Origin: Patescibacteria group bacterium | GTDB taxonomy: Bacteria; Patescibacteriota; Patescibacteriia; UBA10025; JAHIVO01 | Direction: 5' to 3' | Length of the DNA stretch: 63,783 nucleotides | Assembly (NCBI GenBank): GCA_018816445.1 | Contig: JAHIVO010000005.1 | Span: forward strand, 1 to 63,783 | In this document: positions 9,545-19,537 of the stretch, piece by piece | How the letters are laid out: each line of letters begins with the position of its first letter | Numbering within the stretch: position 1 is the stretch's first letter | Position numbers and translations under genes: made by a program | The notes under the pieces: generated by a model | Told to the model about the DNA's origin: nothing | What the model saw: only the letters and a program-made list of their open reading frames with translations | Database searches by the model: none

Positions 9545-11878
9545 TTAGTCACTAATAAGAAATGAATTAGTCCAGTCCGGGCGATCAGGTCTATTTTCTG
9601 AATTGAGTAAATCACGCCATTTTTGGTCAGTTAAACGATCTGACATTGGCCAGGGGAATTCGTAATAAGAGAAAATTCCACCTTGAGCGACTTTCACTAC
9701 TCCCTCTACTTCAACTACCACGTAAATGGTGTCGATTTTTCCGATAGCCTCTTCCAATACGCTGCCATTGGGATCAGTGGCCACGTCAGCCACCAGGGCG
9801 GCAGGGTTATTGTGTAGATATTCATCCTGCGTTTGTCCACTTTGATCCATGTCGTCTTGGTGTACTTCCAGCCAAAAATGTTCAAGTTGTCCTCCATAGG
9901 AGCGGATCATCTCGTATTCTTCGTCGGTCCGCGATTCATTGTTCAGTTCTTTTTCCGCGATTGTTGTGAGGGAGGTAGCCAGGGTTTCCATTTTTTCCAG
10001 ATTACTTTTCATGTTATCGGAAATTAGATCCCTGATGGTTAACCCTTCACGGGTCATTTTTGTCAGGGCGGCCAGGCGGGCAAAGACTTCCGGCTGCGGT
10101 TCAACATAGCCCCGGTCATCGTATTGAGGAGGCGGCCCGGCGCCTAGTTCAGCATATACCTGTTTAGCATAAAGAATGGTATCGTGTTTTAATTCAGTCC
10201 AGCTGCCCAGGTATGAATTCAGGTCTTTTCGTATCCAGGCCGAATTTTGCATAAATTCCGGATAACCATCGCCAACTGCAACAGTTAATGGTTTTAAAGC
10301 ATACATCCAGCCCCAATAAATATTTTGAGTCCATATTGAGGTATCTAATTCACTAGTATAGTCCTGCAGCAGTTTCATATTTTCCGGATAGCGAAAGTAT
10401 TCTGTTTCTCCGTAAGAATTCAGGATATCATACGCTTCTGCTGAGCCCATGGCCGCGGCAATATCCAGGCCTTTGGGCAGCATGCGTGAATCAGGTACGC
10501 TGCCGCCGCAATCCAGGGTGCCGCGTTTGTTGCCGACATCGCGGCAGACCAGGCGCTGCATGATTGAGGCGTCAACTGTAAAGCGCTGGCCCATAAAGCG
10601 GAAACCTTGAATTTCTTTTTCTCGGTCAGGTTGTACAGAAGATTCAAAAATTGGTATTGAATTTATCTGCGGCGGGTCCAACTGGCGGGCAGCTTCATGG
10701 AACGCCTCAAAGGCCGTGGTGTTCTGGGACAATTCCAAGGAAGTGGGATTTTCACCATAAGCATTGATAAGCAGACTTTTTAGGTCGTAATAAGTAATAT
10801 CATCGCTTTTACCCACAAAAAAGTTGGTTGGTTCGTAAATAGCATCCCAGAGTGAGGAGCGGCTGTTGTCCAGGAGTGCTTGAGTAATGAGCGCGGCGGA
10901 AGCGGTTTCATCCGCACTCTTTAGACGGAAAGTCATGCGACCAAGCCACATCATTGACTTGAAATAGGCTGACAATTCTTCAGTGCGGTCATAGTGCCCA
11001 CGGGGGATGTATTGTGAATAATCTTCTTTTAATAATTCCACCGACAATACTCCCTGGGGCGTGGGCAATTGCAGACCTGCCTCTTCGCCAATATTAATAA
11101 CTATTGCTTCGCTAATGCCCCCTTTAGCTGATATAAGGTTAAGTTCCTGCTGTACTTCTGATTGCACTATACTTGGTATAGATACACTGTCATCCAAAAG
11201 AACGCTGGCCACTGTAAAAAAAGCTACATTCCTTTTAGCGGCATTTTCCCAGTCCGTGTTTTTCAGTTCATTATATTGTTCCTGGGACGCGGCTAGCATG
11301 GTGGCATTAAGCTCTTTTAATTTATCAATTAAATAATTTTCTTCAGCTTTTTTCAGGAGGTGGTCAAACAGCAAGTGGTAATTGTGTAAAAGGGAATCCA
11401 CGGTAATGAAGCTGGGTGTGTAATTATAGCGATGACCCTCATACAGAGAATAAAATTCATCATGCCAGCCAGGGCGCACAAGAAATTGGTTGTCTTCGAG
11501 TATTTTCTTGGTTGATTCATTATCAACAAGAAAAGAAATTTGATCAAGGTTGTGTATATTAGAAAAATTAGCAGCCAGAGTGACGGTTTGTACCTGAGGA
11601 TCAACATTAACATTAACCGGTTCATACTCAGCAAAGGTGGTAGCCTGGGCGGCAGGAGGTTTTATCTTGTCAACAAAATTAGTTGTATCATCCGATGTTT
11701 GAGTATTAGTATTGACATTTACCGTGACTTTATTAGCATTAGTTGTAGTGTTAGTGTTAGTACTGGCTTCTTCATCACTGCTCATGAAAAAGTATACTCC
11801 CACAGCTGCGCCGATTAAAACTATTACCACGATAATCCAGATAACAGGGGATTTTTTTAACTTATTTTGTTCATCCAT
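9545..11878 (-). CDS. large membrane-anchored extracytoplasmic protein, DUF3160-like
   Basis: 777-aa ORF with an N-terminal TM helix and an Asn/Thr linker. The family name comes from memory of similar proteins and was not verified. Confidence 0.5.
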   Translation of the reverse strand: MDEQNKLKKSPVIWIIVVIVLIGAAVGVYFFMSSDEEASTNTNTTTNANKVTVNVNTNTQTSDDTTNFVDKIKPPAAQATTFAEYEPVNVNVDPQVQTVTLAANFSNIHNLDQISFLVDNESTKKILEDNQFLVRPGWHDEFYSLYEGHRYNYTPSFITVDSLLHNYHLLFDHLLKKAEENYLIDKLKELNATMLAASQEQYNELKNTDWENAAKRNVAFFTVASVLLDDSVSIPSIVQSEVQQELNLISAKGGISEAIVINIGEEAGLQLPTPQGVLSVELLKEDYSQYIPRGHYDRTEELSAYFKSMMWLGRMTFRLKSADETASAALITQALLDNSRSSLWDAIYEPTNFFVGKSDDITYYDLKSLLINAYGENPTSLELSQNTTAFEAFHEAARQLDPPQINSIPIFESSVQPDREKEIQGFRFMGQRFTVDASIMQRLVCRDVGNKRGTLDCGGSVPDSRMLPKGLDIAAAMGSAEAYDILNSYGETEYFRYPENMKLLQDYTSELDTSIWTQNIYWGWMYALKPLTVAVGDGYPEFMQNSAWIRKDLNSYLGSWTELKHDTILYAKQVYAELGAGPPPQYDDRGYVEPQPEVFARLAALTKMTREGLTIRDLISDNMKSNLEKMETLATSLTTIAEKELNNESRTDEEYEMIRSYGGQLEHFWLEVHQDDMDQSGQTQDEYLHNNPAALVADVATDPNGSVLEEAIGKIDTIYVVVEVEGVVKVAQGGIFSYYEFPWPMSDRLTDQKWRDLLNSENRPDRPDWTNSFLISD

Positions 11879-11947
11879 AGTTTTGTAATTATTTATTAAT
11901 CTAAGTCAATATTACCTTTAATTTAGTGGAATATCAATAATCACCCC

Positions 11948-11976
11948 TTGACAATTTGGGTAGAAGGGTATATGAT
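11948..11976 (+). promoter_or_regulatory. sigma70-type promoter
   Basis: TTGACA, a 17-nt spacer, then TATGAT. It lies about 65 nt upstream of the 12041 ORF. Confidence 0.5.
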
Positions 11977-12040
11977 ACTTAGTTAATAAAATAGTTGTTT
12001 TCCATTCATAAATCATCAATATCAACATCGGGAGGTTTTT

Positions 12041-12487
12041 GTGATGAAGAAGTTGAGTTTGATTTTGGTGGCAATCATTATGATTGCGTGTCTGACACCG
12101 CAGGCTGAAGCACAGCTTGGCTGGTTTGCGGCAGGGTACTTGCTTGGCTCTGGCGATAATACTGTTGCCAGTGGCAGCGGTGACCTGCTCTATAAGATAA
12201 GCCGGATTGACGAGCGGATCAAGGATCCGTTAGATGTACGTACTACTTGCCTGAGGATCAACTATTATGATCAAGGTAAGATCTATAAGGGGATGACATT
12301 ACGGGAGATTTTTACTAAGGTTCTGGAGAAATCAGGAATCGAGAGTGGTGAAGTTGGTGAATACATTCTTCTCCGCATGAGCCGGGCGGTTGATTTCAGT
12401 CCAGGCGATAAGGCTGTCTATTGGATTGAGTACATTGAGAAATCAAAAGTACTCCCCGATGATCAGCTGTTAGATCCCGAGCCGTAA
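12041..12487 (+). CDS. secreted hypothetical protein
   Basis: SD GGAGG, a signal peptide ending AEAQ, and a higher GC content than its neighbours. Confidence 0.5.
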   Translation: MMKKLSLILVAIIMIACLTPQAEAQLGWFAAGYLLGSGDNTVASGSGDLLYKISRIDERIKDPLDVRTTCLRINYYDQGKIYKGMTLREIFTKVLEKSGIESGEVGEYILLRMSRAVDFSPGDKAVYWIEYIEKSKVLPDDQLLDPEP

Positions 12488-12514
12488 TTACCCGTGGCTA
12501 AACGCCGATAATAT

Positions 12515-12553
12515 AGCCCCGCCTATCTACTTATGATACGTGTGGGGCTTTTT
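12515..12553 (+). terminator. hairpin plus T-run between convergent genes
   Basis: Stem agcccc/ggggct followed by ttttt. Confidence 0.45.
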
Positions 12554-12564
12554 CTATTAATAAT

Positions 12565-13857
12565 TTAATTTTCCCGCAAATAGCCCCAGGAGTGTAGTTT
12601 ATCCGAATCCTCAAACCAGCGGTCGCCGATATCGGTACGGTAATACATGTTGGGGATAAGGATATTTTTTATCCTATTATACGCTTGATCCTGAGCTTGT
12701 TTCATGGTCAGGCCGGAACCGGTAACTATCAGGGCAACACCAGCCGAGCCGGTTAAAGTCCACTCGCCATTGACCAGCTTAACGTCTTCTATATGGACAC
12801 CTTCCAGGTTTTTGCCTTTGAAAACTATGACCGCGTCTTTGGAATAAACTTCAAATGTTTTTCTGTCGTGGTAGGGGTATGGTGGGACAACTAACCGGAT
12901 ACCAACGTGAAATCCTTTTTTAGTTTTAAGGTAGGGATCGTCACCCGCAGCTAATTCATAGAGAAATTCGCCGATCGGCGTAATCATGCTGTCTTGCTGG
13001 ATACTTATTGTTGGATAGCCAAAACGGGCGGTGAATTCCAATGGGTAAATGCCGTTGCCATTGACTATGCAGTTCAGGTCAATATAGCCGACGTATCTTT
13101 CCTGGGCCAGCTTTTTTTCTATTTTTTTAAGCGTTTGGTTGTATATTTTATTGGGTCCGCTCCAGAAAGTACTGCTGCCCATTTCACCGGTAGCCGGGCC
13201 AATGTTATGGGGAAAAAGTTTTTTATGTTCAAAATTAATATTGACCGGATAAATAAATTCATGGCCGTTAAAAAAGGCGCCGACAGCCACTTCCACCCCA
13301 GTGACTTTTTTCTGCAATTGGAAGACTTTAATTTTTTTTGACCAGACGCGGCGATAAGCTTCCAGCACGCGCACCACGTCAGCTCCGTCTTTTTCCATGC
13401 CCACGAACAGCAGATTTTTCAGATTTTGCGCTTCGCCCGACGGCTTGATTACGTATTCGTCCGGATTTTGTTTGACGAATTCTATAGCGGCGTCAAAATC
13501 AGAGAATTCATGATAAGAAAGGATGCTGACCCCGTGCTTTTTCAGCTCTTCCTGCCCAAAAGACCTTTCGTCCTCCAGCCGGTCAGTATAAGGAGTGCCG
13601 CCGATTACTTTTTTGCCTTGCTGGCGCAGTTTCTGCGCTTTGGCGCCATAACCCAAGACATCATCAAAAATTATAATATCCGCCCAAGTAATGTCATTTC
13701 TCCAATTTTCAGTTTTGGGCACAAAACCGTCAGCATTGTCCGTTTCCATTTTGTTTTCAATGCAGTATTTAACATCATGACCCTCTTTGCTGACCTGCCA
13801 GGCAATATCAGAAATCAGCGCACCCTCAGATACGAAGAGAAATTTCTTTTTTTCCAT
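12565..13857 (-). CDS. PurD-like ATP-grasp enzyme (phosphoribosylamine-glycine ligase paralogue)
   Basis: 430-aa ORF with an ATP-grasp layout and the motif NFEHKKLFPHNIGPATGEMGS, which resembles the PurD DHKR..GPNTGGMG motif. A canonical purD is present separately at 48982..50265. Confidence 0.65.
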   Translation of the reverse strand: MEKKKFLFVSEGALISDIAWQVSKEGHDVKYCIENKMETDNADGFVPKTENWRNDITWADIIIFDDVLGYGAKAQKLRQQGKKVIGGTPYTDRLEDERSFGQEELKKHGVSILSYHEFSDFDAAIEFVKQNPDEYVIKPSGEAQNLKNLLFVGMEKDGADVVRVLEAYRRVWSKKIKVFQLQKKVTGVEVAVGAFFNGHEFIYPVNINFEHKKLFPHNIGPATGEMGSSTFWSGPNKIYNQTLKKIEKKLAQERYVGYIDLNCIVNGNGIYPLEFTARFGYPTISIQQDSMITPIGEFLYELAAGDDPYLKTKKGFHVGIRLVVPPYPYHDRKTFEVYSKDAVIVFKGKNLEGVHIEDVKLVNGEWTLTGSAGVALIVTGSGLTMKQAQDQAYNRIKNILIPNMYYRTDIGDRWFEDSDKLHSWGYLREN

Positions 13858-13891
13858 TATTTTATCCCTGTTAATATTCTGCCTGCCTGTA

Positions 13892-13984
13892 TTATAAATC
13901 AGCCTGGCCAGAATGCAATGGCTGGTTGACTTTGGTAGAATAGTCTACCAGCTGGCTGGCGAATTTCTGATAGCGTGAATCCAT
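13892..13984 (-). CDS. possible 30-aa small ORF upstream of the ATP-grasp gene
   Basis: AAGGAGG lies 6 nt before the ATG. The peptide is MDSRYQKFASQLVDYSTKVNQPLHSGQADL. It ends 35 nt before the ATP-grasp start. Confidence 0.25.
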   Translation of the reverse strand: MDSRYQKFASQLVDYSTKVNQPLHSGQADL

Positions 13985-14259
13985 TTATATCCTCCTTGGA
14001 TTCTGGGTTTACTAGATCTTAGTTATTAAGTAATCGCTTTTTGTTTTTTTAGTAATTCCCCAATCTTACATAATTATGGGGGAGAAGTCAATAAAATCCT
14101 CCCCCTCGGCTGACTTTATTGATTTTTATTAACTAGCTAGTTCTTCCCCTCCTTGAACCCCCCCTTCATAAGGATGGGGGAGATGCTTTGTTTACTTTTT
14201 ACCAGACGTATGCGGAGAAGGGCGGTTAAAAAGACATTTATGCTACAATAAGTATTAAT

Positions 14260-15456
14260 ATGTCACAAACCACCACAACTAGACCACGAAATGTCAGTTT
14301 AATGTACTGGTCATTTATTTTTGGCGGGATATTATTCTTCCTGCCGATAGTAGCTCTGTACTATGAAGAAAGTTTATTTTCATTAACCAACGTCGCTCTA
14401 ATTTATTCAATAGAAGCTTTGGGTATAGTTCTGTTTGAAGTGCCGTCTGGTGCTTTGGCTGACCTATTTGGCCGAAAAAAAACCATTGTGCTGGGTAATA
14501 TTATTGCCATTCTGGGTTTGATATTTTTAGCTATCGGGGGGAGCATGCTGATGTTTATTATTTTCGCTGTCCTGACTTCTTTTGGCCGTAGTATGGTCAG
14601 CGGTGCGGATAGTGCCATAATTTATGATTCATTAAAAGAAAAGGGGCAGGAGAAAAAATACGAAAAAACTATTGGCACGTTTTATGCTATGTGGGCGATT
14701 GGTGCAACTATTGGCTCTCTGGTTGGTGGGCATTTAGCAGTGAGCAATTTAAAGCTTCCGATTTATTTAACATTTATACCGCTGATAATCGCGACAGTTT
14801 TTGTTTTATTTTTGAAAGAGCCTGTTTATAAAAAAGAAAGGCATAAAAATGTGTTTAAGCATATGCTTGGCACAGCCAAGTTTGCATTTTCTATCCGGAA
14901 TTTTGCTTTACTTTTAGCTTCAGCTTTTGTAATCTTTGGCTTTGGGGAAAACCTGCTGATGATGGGAGCGTTATTTCTCGAATTCAAACAAGTACCAATT
15001 GAAGTCATTGGCTATGCTACGGCAGCTGTTACAGCGCTTATAGCTTTGGGAGAATTTTATGGCCATGAGATTGGATTAAAAATTGGCCGGAAAAGGATGC
15101 TGATAATTATTGGTTTGGGTGGACCAGCCTTGTTTTTCATTGGTACTTTTATGCCGTTATATCTGGCTGCTTTGTTTTATGCTTTACCAGCGTTGTTATT
15201 TGGCATTCGCCACACAGTTATCAACGCCATGCTTAATGAAGGTGTGGACTCATCAAAAAGGGCGACTATGGTTTCGCTGTGGAGTTTTTGTGGTGAGTTG
15301 GGCATTGTTATTGGAGCGCCATTTATTGGCTGGCTGGCGGATCTGTATGATATTAATATAGCTTTTAGGATATCTGCTATTTTACTGGCAGGAGCGCTGG
15401 TATTGTATGCATTTTTGAGGATAAAAAAAATTGCGATTAGCAATTCGCAAGTATAA
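14260..15456 (+). CDS. MFS transporter
   Basis: 398-aa ORF with about 12 TM helices and the loop motif GALADLFGRKKT. A TACAAT box about 12 nt upstream implies a near-leaderless mRNA. Confidence 0.8.
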   Translation: MSQTTTTRPRNVSLMYWSFIFGGILFFLPIVALYYEESLFSLTNVALIYSIEALGIVLFEVPSGALADLFGRKKTIVLGNIIAILGLIFLAIGGSMLMFIIFAVLTSFGRSMVSGADSAIIYDSLKEKGQEKKYEKTIGTFYAMWAIGATIGSLVGGHLAVSNLKLPIYLTFIPLIIATVFVLFLKEPVYKKERHKNVFKHMLGTAKFAFSIRNFALLLASAFVIFGFGENLLMMGALFLEFKQVPIEVIGYATAAVTALIALGEFYGHEIGLKIGRKRMLIIIGLGGPALFFIGTFMPLYLAALFYALPALLFGIRHTVINAMLNEGVDSSKRATMVSLWSFCGELGIVIGAPFIGWLADLYDINIAFRISAILLAGALVLYAFLRIKKIAISNSQV

Positions 15457-15463
15457 GTGTAAT

Positions 15464-15946
15464 TTATTTAGCCAAGTTATCTTGGAGCCACTTAACCACT
15501 GGCTCAATGTATTTTTTATCTGTTTTGTCTTCTTCTTTTGTTTTGAATTTCTTTAGGATAAGTTTTTCGTAAAACTTAAGGCCTTCAAAACCAATTTTCC
15601 CCGGGGCTTTGAGATAACCACCAAGATGATCGCGTATTTCTTCCGGAATCATGTTAAAAGATTTTTGGCTAGCCTCGTCTTCCTGGGGTGCCATGCCGAC
15701 TACAACCAGATATAGTTTTTTATTTTTTAATATATCCCATTTTTTCCGTAAAAAGGACGAGGCAGCAATGCGGCCCATATAAGTGCGGCTGGCAATGACA
15801 ATGACATCATAATTATTAATAAGCGAATCAGCCTGTTCCAGCCTGGCAATATCAATATTACCGGCCGCTTGTTTTATCCACTCGGCATACAATTTAGTTG
15901 AGCCGTGCTTGGTATGATAAATTACTATTGCCTTCATAGCTGTCAT
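15464..15946 (-). CDS. flavodoxin-domain protein
   Basis: The N-terminus KAIVIYHTKHGSTKLYAEWI is typical of a flavodoxin-like fold. Confidence 0.65.
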   Translation of the reverse strand: MTAMKAIVIYHTKHGSTKLYAEWIKQAAGNIDIARLEQADSLINNYDVIVIASRTYMGRIAASSFLRKKWDILKNKKLYLVVVGMAPQEDEASQKSFNMIPEEIRDHLGGYLKAPGKIGFEGLKFYEKLILKKFKTKEEDKTDKKYIEPVVKWLQDNLAK

Positions 15947-15955
15947 GATATTAGT

Positions 15956-16516
15956 TTACATTTTTTTTAATGATTCTGCCAATGAGAATAAAGGCAGGCC
16001 AATCACGTTATTATAATCACCATTAATTTTTTTTACGATTACGGCGCCACGGCCCTGAATAGCAAAAGCTCCGGCTTTATCCAGCGGTTCGCCGGTTTTT
16101 ACATAATCAGAAATTTCCTTAGCTGTAAGTTTTTTTATCTGCGCTTTTGTTTCTACCGAGCGGGTGATTATTTTTTTGGTTTTAGTATTAATAATGGTAT
16201 AGCCGGTGATAATAGATACTATTTTGCCACTGATGGTTTTTAGCATTTTTTTGGCACGGGCGCTGGTTTTTGGCTTGCCCAGGATTTGGTTTTTACAGGC
16301 CACAATTGTATCGGCGCCAATGATAATGGCATTTTTTTCATTTATTGCCACTGACATAGCTTTACCCAATGAAAATTGGTGAGCCATTTTATGGGGTGCT
16401 ATTTTTAGTGATAAGTTTTCCTTAAAATCGCTTGCCCTGGTAATAAATGGCAAGCCAAGCTGTTTGAACAGCTTTTTTCTTTGGGGTGAAGTTGAGGCTA
16501 AGATTATTTTTAGCAT
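15956..16516 (-). CDS. maf: Maf-like nucleoside triphosphate pyrophosphatase
   Basis: ILASTSPQRKKLF..., GADT, and AGAFAIQG...INGDYNNVIGLP. Confidence 0.85.
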   Translation of the reverse strand: MLKIILASTSPQRKKLFKQLGLPFITRASDFKENLSLKIAPHKMAHQFSLGKAMSVAINEKNAIIIGADTIVACKNQILGKPKTSARAKKMLKTISGKIVSIITGYTIINTKTKKIITRSVETKAQIKKLTAKEISDYVKTGEPLDKAGAFAIQGRGAVIVKKINGDYNNVIGLPLFSLAESLKKM

Positions 16517-16561
16517 AGTTTAATTATATCAGATGATAATTTACAGTACTATTGGTTAGCC

Positions 16562-16590
16562 TTGACAAGGCACTTTAATTTTGTTATCAT
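16562..16590 (+). promoter_or_regulatory. sigma70-type promoter
   Basis: TTGACA, a 17-nt spacer, then TATCAT. Confidence 0.5.
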
Positions 16591-16653
16591 GTATGGAAAT
16601 GCACATTCAATAATTTCTATTGATATTATAGAAAAGGAGAAAAGAGGTAATTT

Positions 16654-17157
16654 ATGAGTCCTGAAAATGGCGGGGTGCCTTATGATGAGCTGATATCCCT
16701 TTTAGATCAAGTGGATCCGGGGCAAAGGTATTCACATGAGTTTTTCAATGCGCTAGCCAGGATTTCGGTTAGTGTAGCTATAGAAGCGGTAGTTGTCCGT
16801 GTAAATCCTACCAACTGTCAACAGGAAGTATTATTAATACAGCGTGGGCCAGAAGAAACATTCCCTAGTCTTTGGCATTGTCCGGGTACAATTCTACGTG
16901 TAGGGGAAAGCATAGATACCGCCATGTCTCGTCTGGCTGATAATGAATTTAAAGCCAGGATATTGACTTTCCGTTTTGTGGATTTCTATAACAATCCGGA
17001 TGAAGGCCAGCGGGGACATACAATGCATCTGGTATTTATAGTTGAGGTTGAGGACGGTTCGGCCGGTACTTGGGTCCCGATTGATGACTTGCATGAAAAA
17101 GATGTAATTCCCTACCATCGGGATAGTGTCATCCCTCTAGTCCTGAAAAGCTCCTAA
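16654..17157 (+). CDS. NUDIX-fold protein with a degenerate Nudix box
   Basis: LLIQRGPEE..WHCPGTILRVGESIDTAMSRLADNEF. The gene has an SD (AAGGAGA) and is higher in GC. Confidence 0.5.
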   Translation: MSPENGGVPYDELISLLDQVDPGQRYSHEFFNALARISVSVAIEAVVVRVNPTNCQQEVLLIQRGPEETFPSLWHCPGTILRVGESIDTAMSRLADNEFKARILTFRFVDFYNNPDEGQRGHTMHLVFIVEVEDGSAGTWVPIDDLHEKDVIPYHRDSVIPLVLKSS

Positions 17158-17161
17158 CAAT

Positions 17162-17207
17162 AATACCCCAAATATATCTTAGCAAGATTATGGGGTATTT
17201 TATTTTA
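17162..17207 (+). terminator. rho-independent terminator
   Basis: Stem aatacccca/tggggtatt followed by a T-run. Confidence 0.6.
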
Positions 17208-17217
17208 GAGAAAACTA

Positions 17218-17532
17218 TTACCGGACTGCAAATAAAATTATAAACACAACCAGCGACTCAGCAATAAGAAAACCCAGAGTGTAAAAAGTAAACTGGATAG
17301 CTTCTTTTTTCATACCTTGCAGGAAAAGATAAACCGGCCGGCCAAAAACTAGTAAGCCGGTAACAGCCGCAGAAACAGTGAAGAGTAAGAGCATGGCCAG
17401 CGGTCCCCAAAAATCAGCCATCTCGCCAAATATCTTTTCTGAATTAGTCATGAGTAAAGACACCAGGGCAATATAAATGACCACGCCGAGTGAATGCAGG
17501 AAACTATGAAGTGTAATTTTTTTCTTGTCCAT
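17218..17532 (-). CDS. hypothetical membrane protein
   Basis: 104-aa ORF with 3 TM segments. Confidence 0.4.
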   Translation of the reverse strand: MDKKKITLHSFLHSLGVVIYIALVSLLMTNSEKIFGEMADFWGPLAMLLLFTVSAAVTGLLVFGRPVYLFLQGMKKEAIQFTFYTLGFLIAESLVVFIILFAVR

Positions 17533-17548
17533 ATATTTTAATTAATAA

Positions 17549-18052
17549 TTACCATTTTTCAGTATGCAAGCGGTGTTGGTCAGTCTCTGTATCATTATGG
17601 GGAGCTGGATTAATAGCTGGATAACCGACCGGAATAATATTTATCAAGATAAAGGATTCAGGAGCATTTAGAATTTTTTTAATTGCATCAGCAGGTGGTT
17701 TTCTTAAATTTTTCCAGACAGCTCCTAGGCCCAGATGCTCTGCTTGCAGAAATATATGTGCGCTGGCCAGTGAGAGGTCCGGTACTGGATGAGAGGTTTT
17801 ATCAGGATCCGTAACTGGAATTATAAGTAAAGGGGCGGATAGTACAAAATCCTGTTTTTTTTCAGTTGCCTCATGAATTAGCTTTTTTGTGTCCTGGTTT
17901 ATTACCGTGATAAATTCGGTTGCCTGATTATTCCGCGAGGTCGGGGCGAATTGGGCAGCCTGAAGTATTTCAGCTACTTTAAAATTTTCAATCTTATCCA
18001 GCTTGAAATCGCGTACGCTGCGGCGATTTTGAATTTCTTTTATTATTGCCAT
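17549..18052 (-). CDS. nitroreductase family protein
   Basis: N-terminal RRSVRDF motif and typical length. Confidence 0.75.
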   Translation of the reverse strand: MAIIKEIQNRRSVRDFKLDKIENFKVAEILQAAQFAPTSRNNQATEFITVINQDTKKLIHEATEKKQDFVLSAPLLIIPVTDPDKTSHPVPDLSLASAHIFLQAEHLGLGAVWKNLRKPPADAIKKILNAPESFILINIIPVGYPAINPAPHNDTETDQHRLHTEKW

Positions 18053-18060
18053 AGTATGAA

Positions 18061-18645
18061 TTATTTAAATAATAAAGAATAAAATTCCTGCTTAAATTTT
18101 TTATCAAATCGAGCTCGCATCAATATTCCAGCCAATTCTTTTTCATAAAAAGATGGGTCTTCAGACAGCATTAAGAAATCATCAAAGCTGATTAATTTAG
18201 TAGTAATTTTCTCGCCAGCATCTAATTTTGGCCTCTGTTTTTGAGTACAGTTACGGGCAATGTAAGTATAAACAGTCCAAATTATTTTACTGACTGGATC
18301 CTGCTTTTTCCATAGCACCCAATTGTCAGAAATATAACCAGTTTCTTCTAAAAGTTCACGTTTAGCCGCAATTAAAGGGTCTTCGTTTTTATCACACCGG
18401 CCGCCAGGCAGGGAAGTGAAGGGTTTGGGCTTAGTAGGTTGTTCTTGTATTTGGATAAGTATTTTGTCTCCGACTATAGGAATAACTTGTGCAGTATCAG
18501 GGCGTTTTAGCATTTCAAAAGTTTTTGTACTGCTATCGTACATGGTTTGTTCCCACTGCCAAGTTTCAAAGATTTGGCCTTTGAAAACTTGTTTGGCGTT
18601 TTGGGGGAGTTTTGGGGGATTAGCTTTGATTACGTTATTTGCCAT
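18061..18645 (-). CDS. NUDIX hydrolase
   Basis: Nudix box GGRCDKNEDPLIAAKRELLEETGY. Confidence 0.8.
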   Translation of the reverse strand: MANNVIKANPPKLPQNAKQVFKGQIFETWQWEQTMYDSSTKTFEMLKRPDTAQVIPIVGDKILIQIQEQPTKPKPFTSLPGGRCDKNEDPLIAAKRELLEETGYISDNWVLWKKQDPVSKIIWTVYTYIARNCTQKQRPKLDAGEKITTKLISFDDFLMLSEDPSFYEKELAGILMRARFDKKFKQEFYSLLFK

Positions 18646-18665
18646 AGGATTTTGGATGATGTTTA

Positions 18666-19421
18666 TTATTTAGATTTAATTTGTCTAGTATTTTTCCATA
18701 AATGTTCAAAAATGTTTTTAAAAGCCCTGGAAATTATCTCATTTTTTATCAGAATACCGGATGGATTCCGGCTGTCAAAAGCAATGATTACTACTTTAGC
18801 ATCATAAATGTTGATTTCAATACCAAAATCTTTAAGCAGGGGAATAAATTTCATTTGTCTAAGCATTTCTTTAGCTTCTTTTAGGTCCTGCCTACCCTCT
18901 TCACTTTCGGGGATTAAATTTTTTACCCGTACACCATGATCAACTCTGGTTTGAAAATATTCTTTTCTGAAGAAATCACGCATAACTTCATAAGCCTTTT
19001 TATAATCAGTAATGGCATAAATTATCTTATCTTTATTATTACGCCAAGTATCGGCATAAAGGTTTTTAACACCATCAAACCCCTCATAGTATTTAATATC
19101 CGATAAGAGTGAATTTTTAGTTGATATTTTTTGCGATTCGGCCCAATTGACAAGTTCTTGGGCTTGTTTTTTTGTATCCTGCTCTGTTCTTTTGACCCAG
19201 TTTTTAAAATCATTTAGAGAAATTGGCTGGTAAGCTACTTTACCCTCAATGGTGTGTTTGGAAACAAGCCCTTTGGCCAGGAGTTTATCCAGGAGGGGGT
19301 AGAGGGTAGTGCGATTAATAAGGGTTTCTTTGGCAATTTGGCTGACAAACCCTTTTTTTAGCTTATATAGACCTGTTAAAACTCTTTTTTCCTTTTCATT
19401 AATTATTGACGTATTTTTCAT
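18666..19421 (-). CDS. TrmB-family transcriptional regulator
   Basis: N-terminal wHTH (LTGLYKLKKGFVSQIAKETLINRTTLYPLLDKLLAKGLV) plus a C-terminal effector-type domain. Confidence 0.7.
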   Translation of the reverse strand: MKNTSIINEKEKRVLTGLYKLKKGFVSQIAKETLINRTTLYPLLDKLLAKGLVSKHTIEGKVAYQPISLNDFKNWVKRTEQDTKKQAQELVNWAESQKISTKNSLLSDIKYYEGFDGVKNLYADTWRNNKDKIIYAITDYKKAYEVMRDFFRKEYFQTRVDHGVRVKNLIPESEEGRQDLKEAKEMLRQMKFIPLLKDFGIEINIYDAKVVIIAFDSRNPSGILIKNEIISRAFKNIFEHLWKNTRQIKSK

Positions 19422-19436
19422 AAGTTAAGTATATTA

Positions 19437-19452
19437 CTGTTGTCAAACAGTG
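19437..19452. promoter_or_regulatory. candidate operator palindrome
   Basis: ACTGTT-gtca-AACAGT lies in the 116-nt divergent intergenic region. A TTGACT-17-TATTGT promoter for the radical SAM gene follows. Confidence 0.4.
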
Positions 19453-19537
19453 TCAACACTTTGACTATTATTAAACTTCATGATATTGTTAGCCGTTAAA
19501 AAAGAAATTGTTCATTACAATTAACAAGGAGCTTAAA

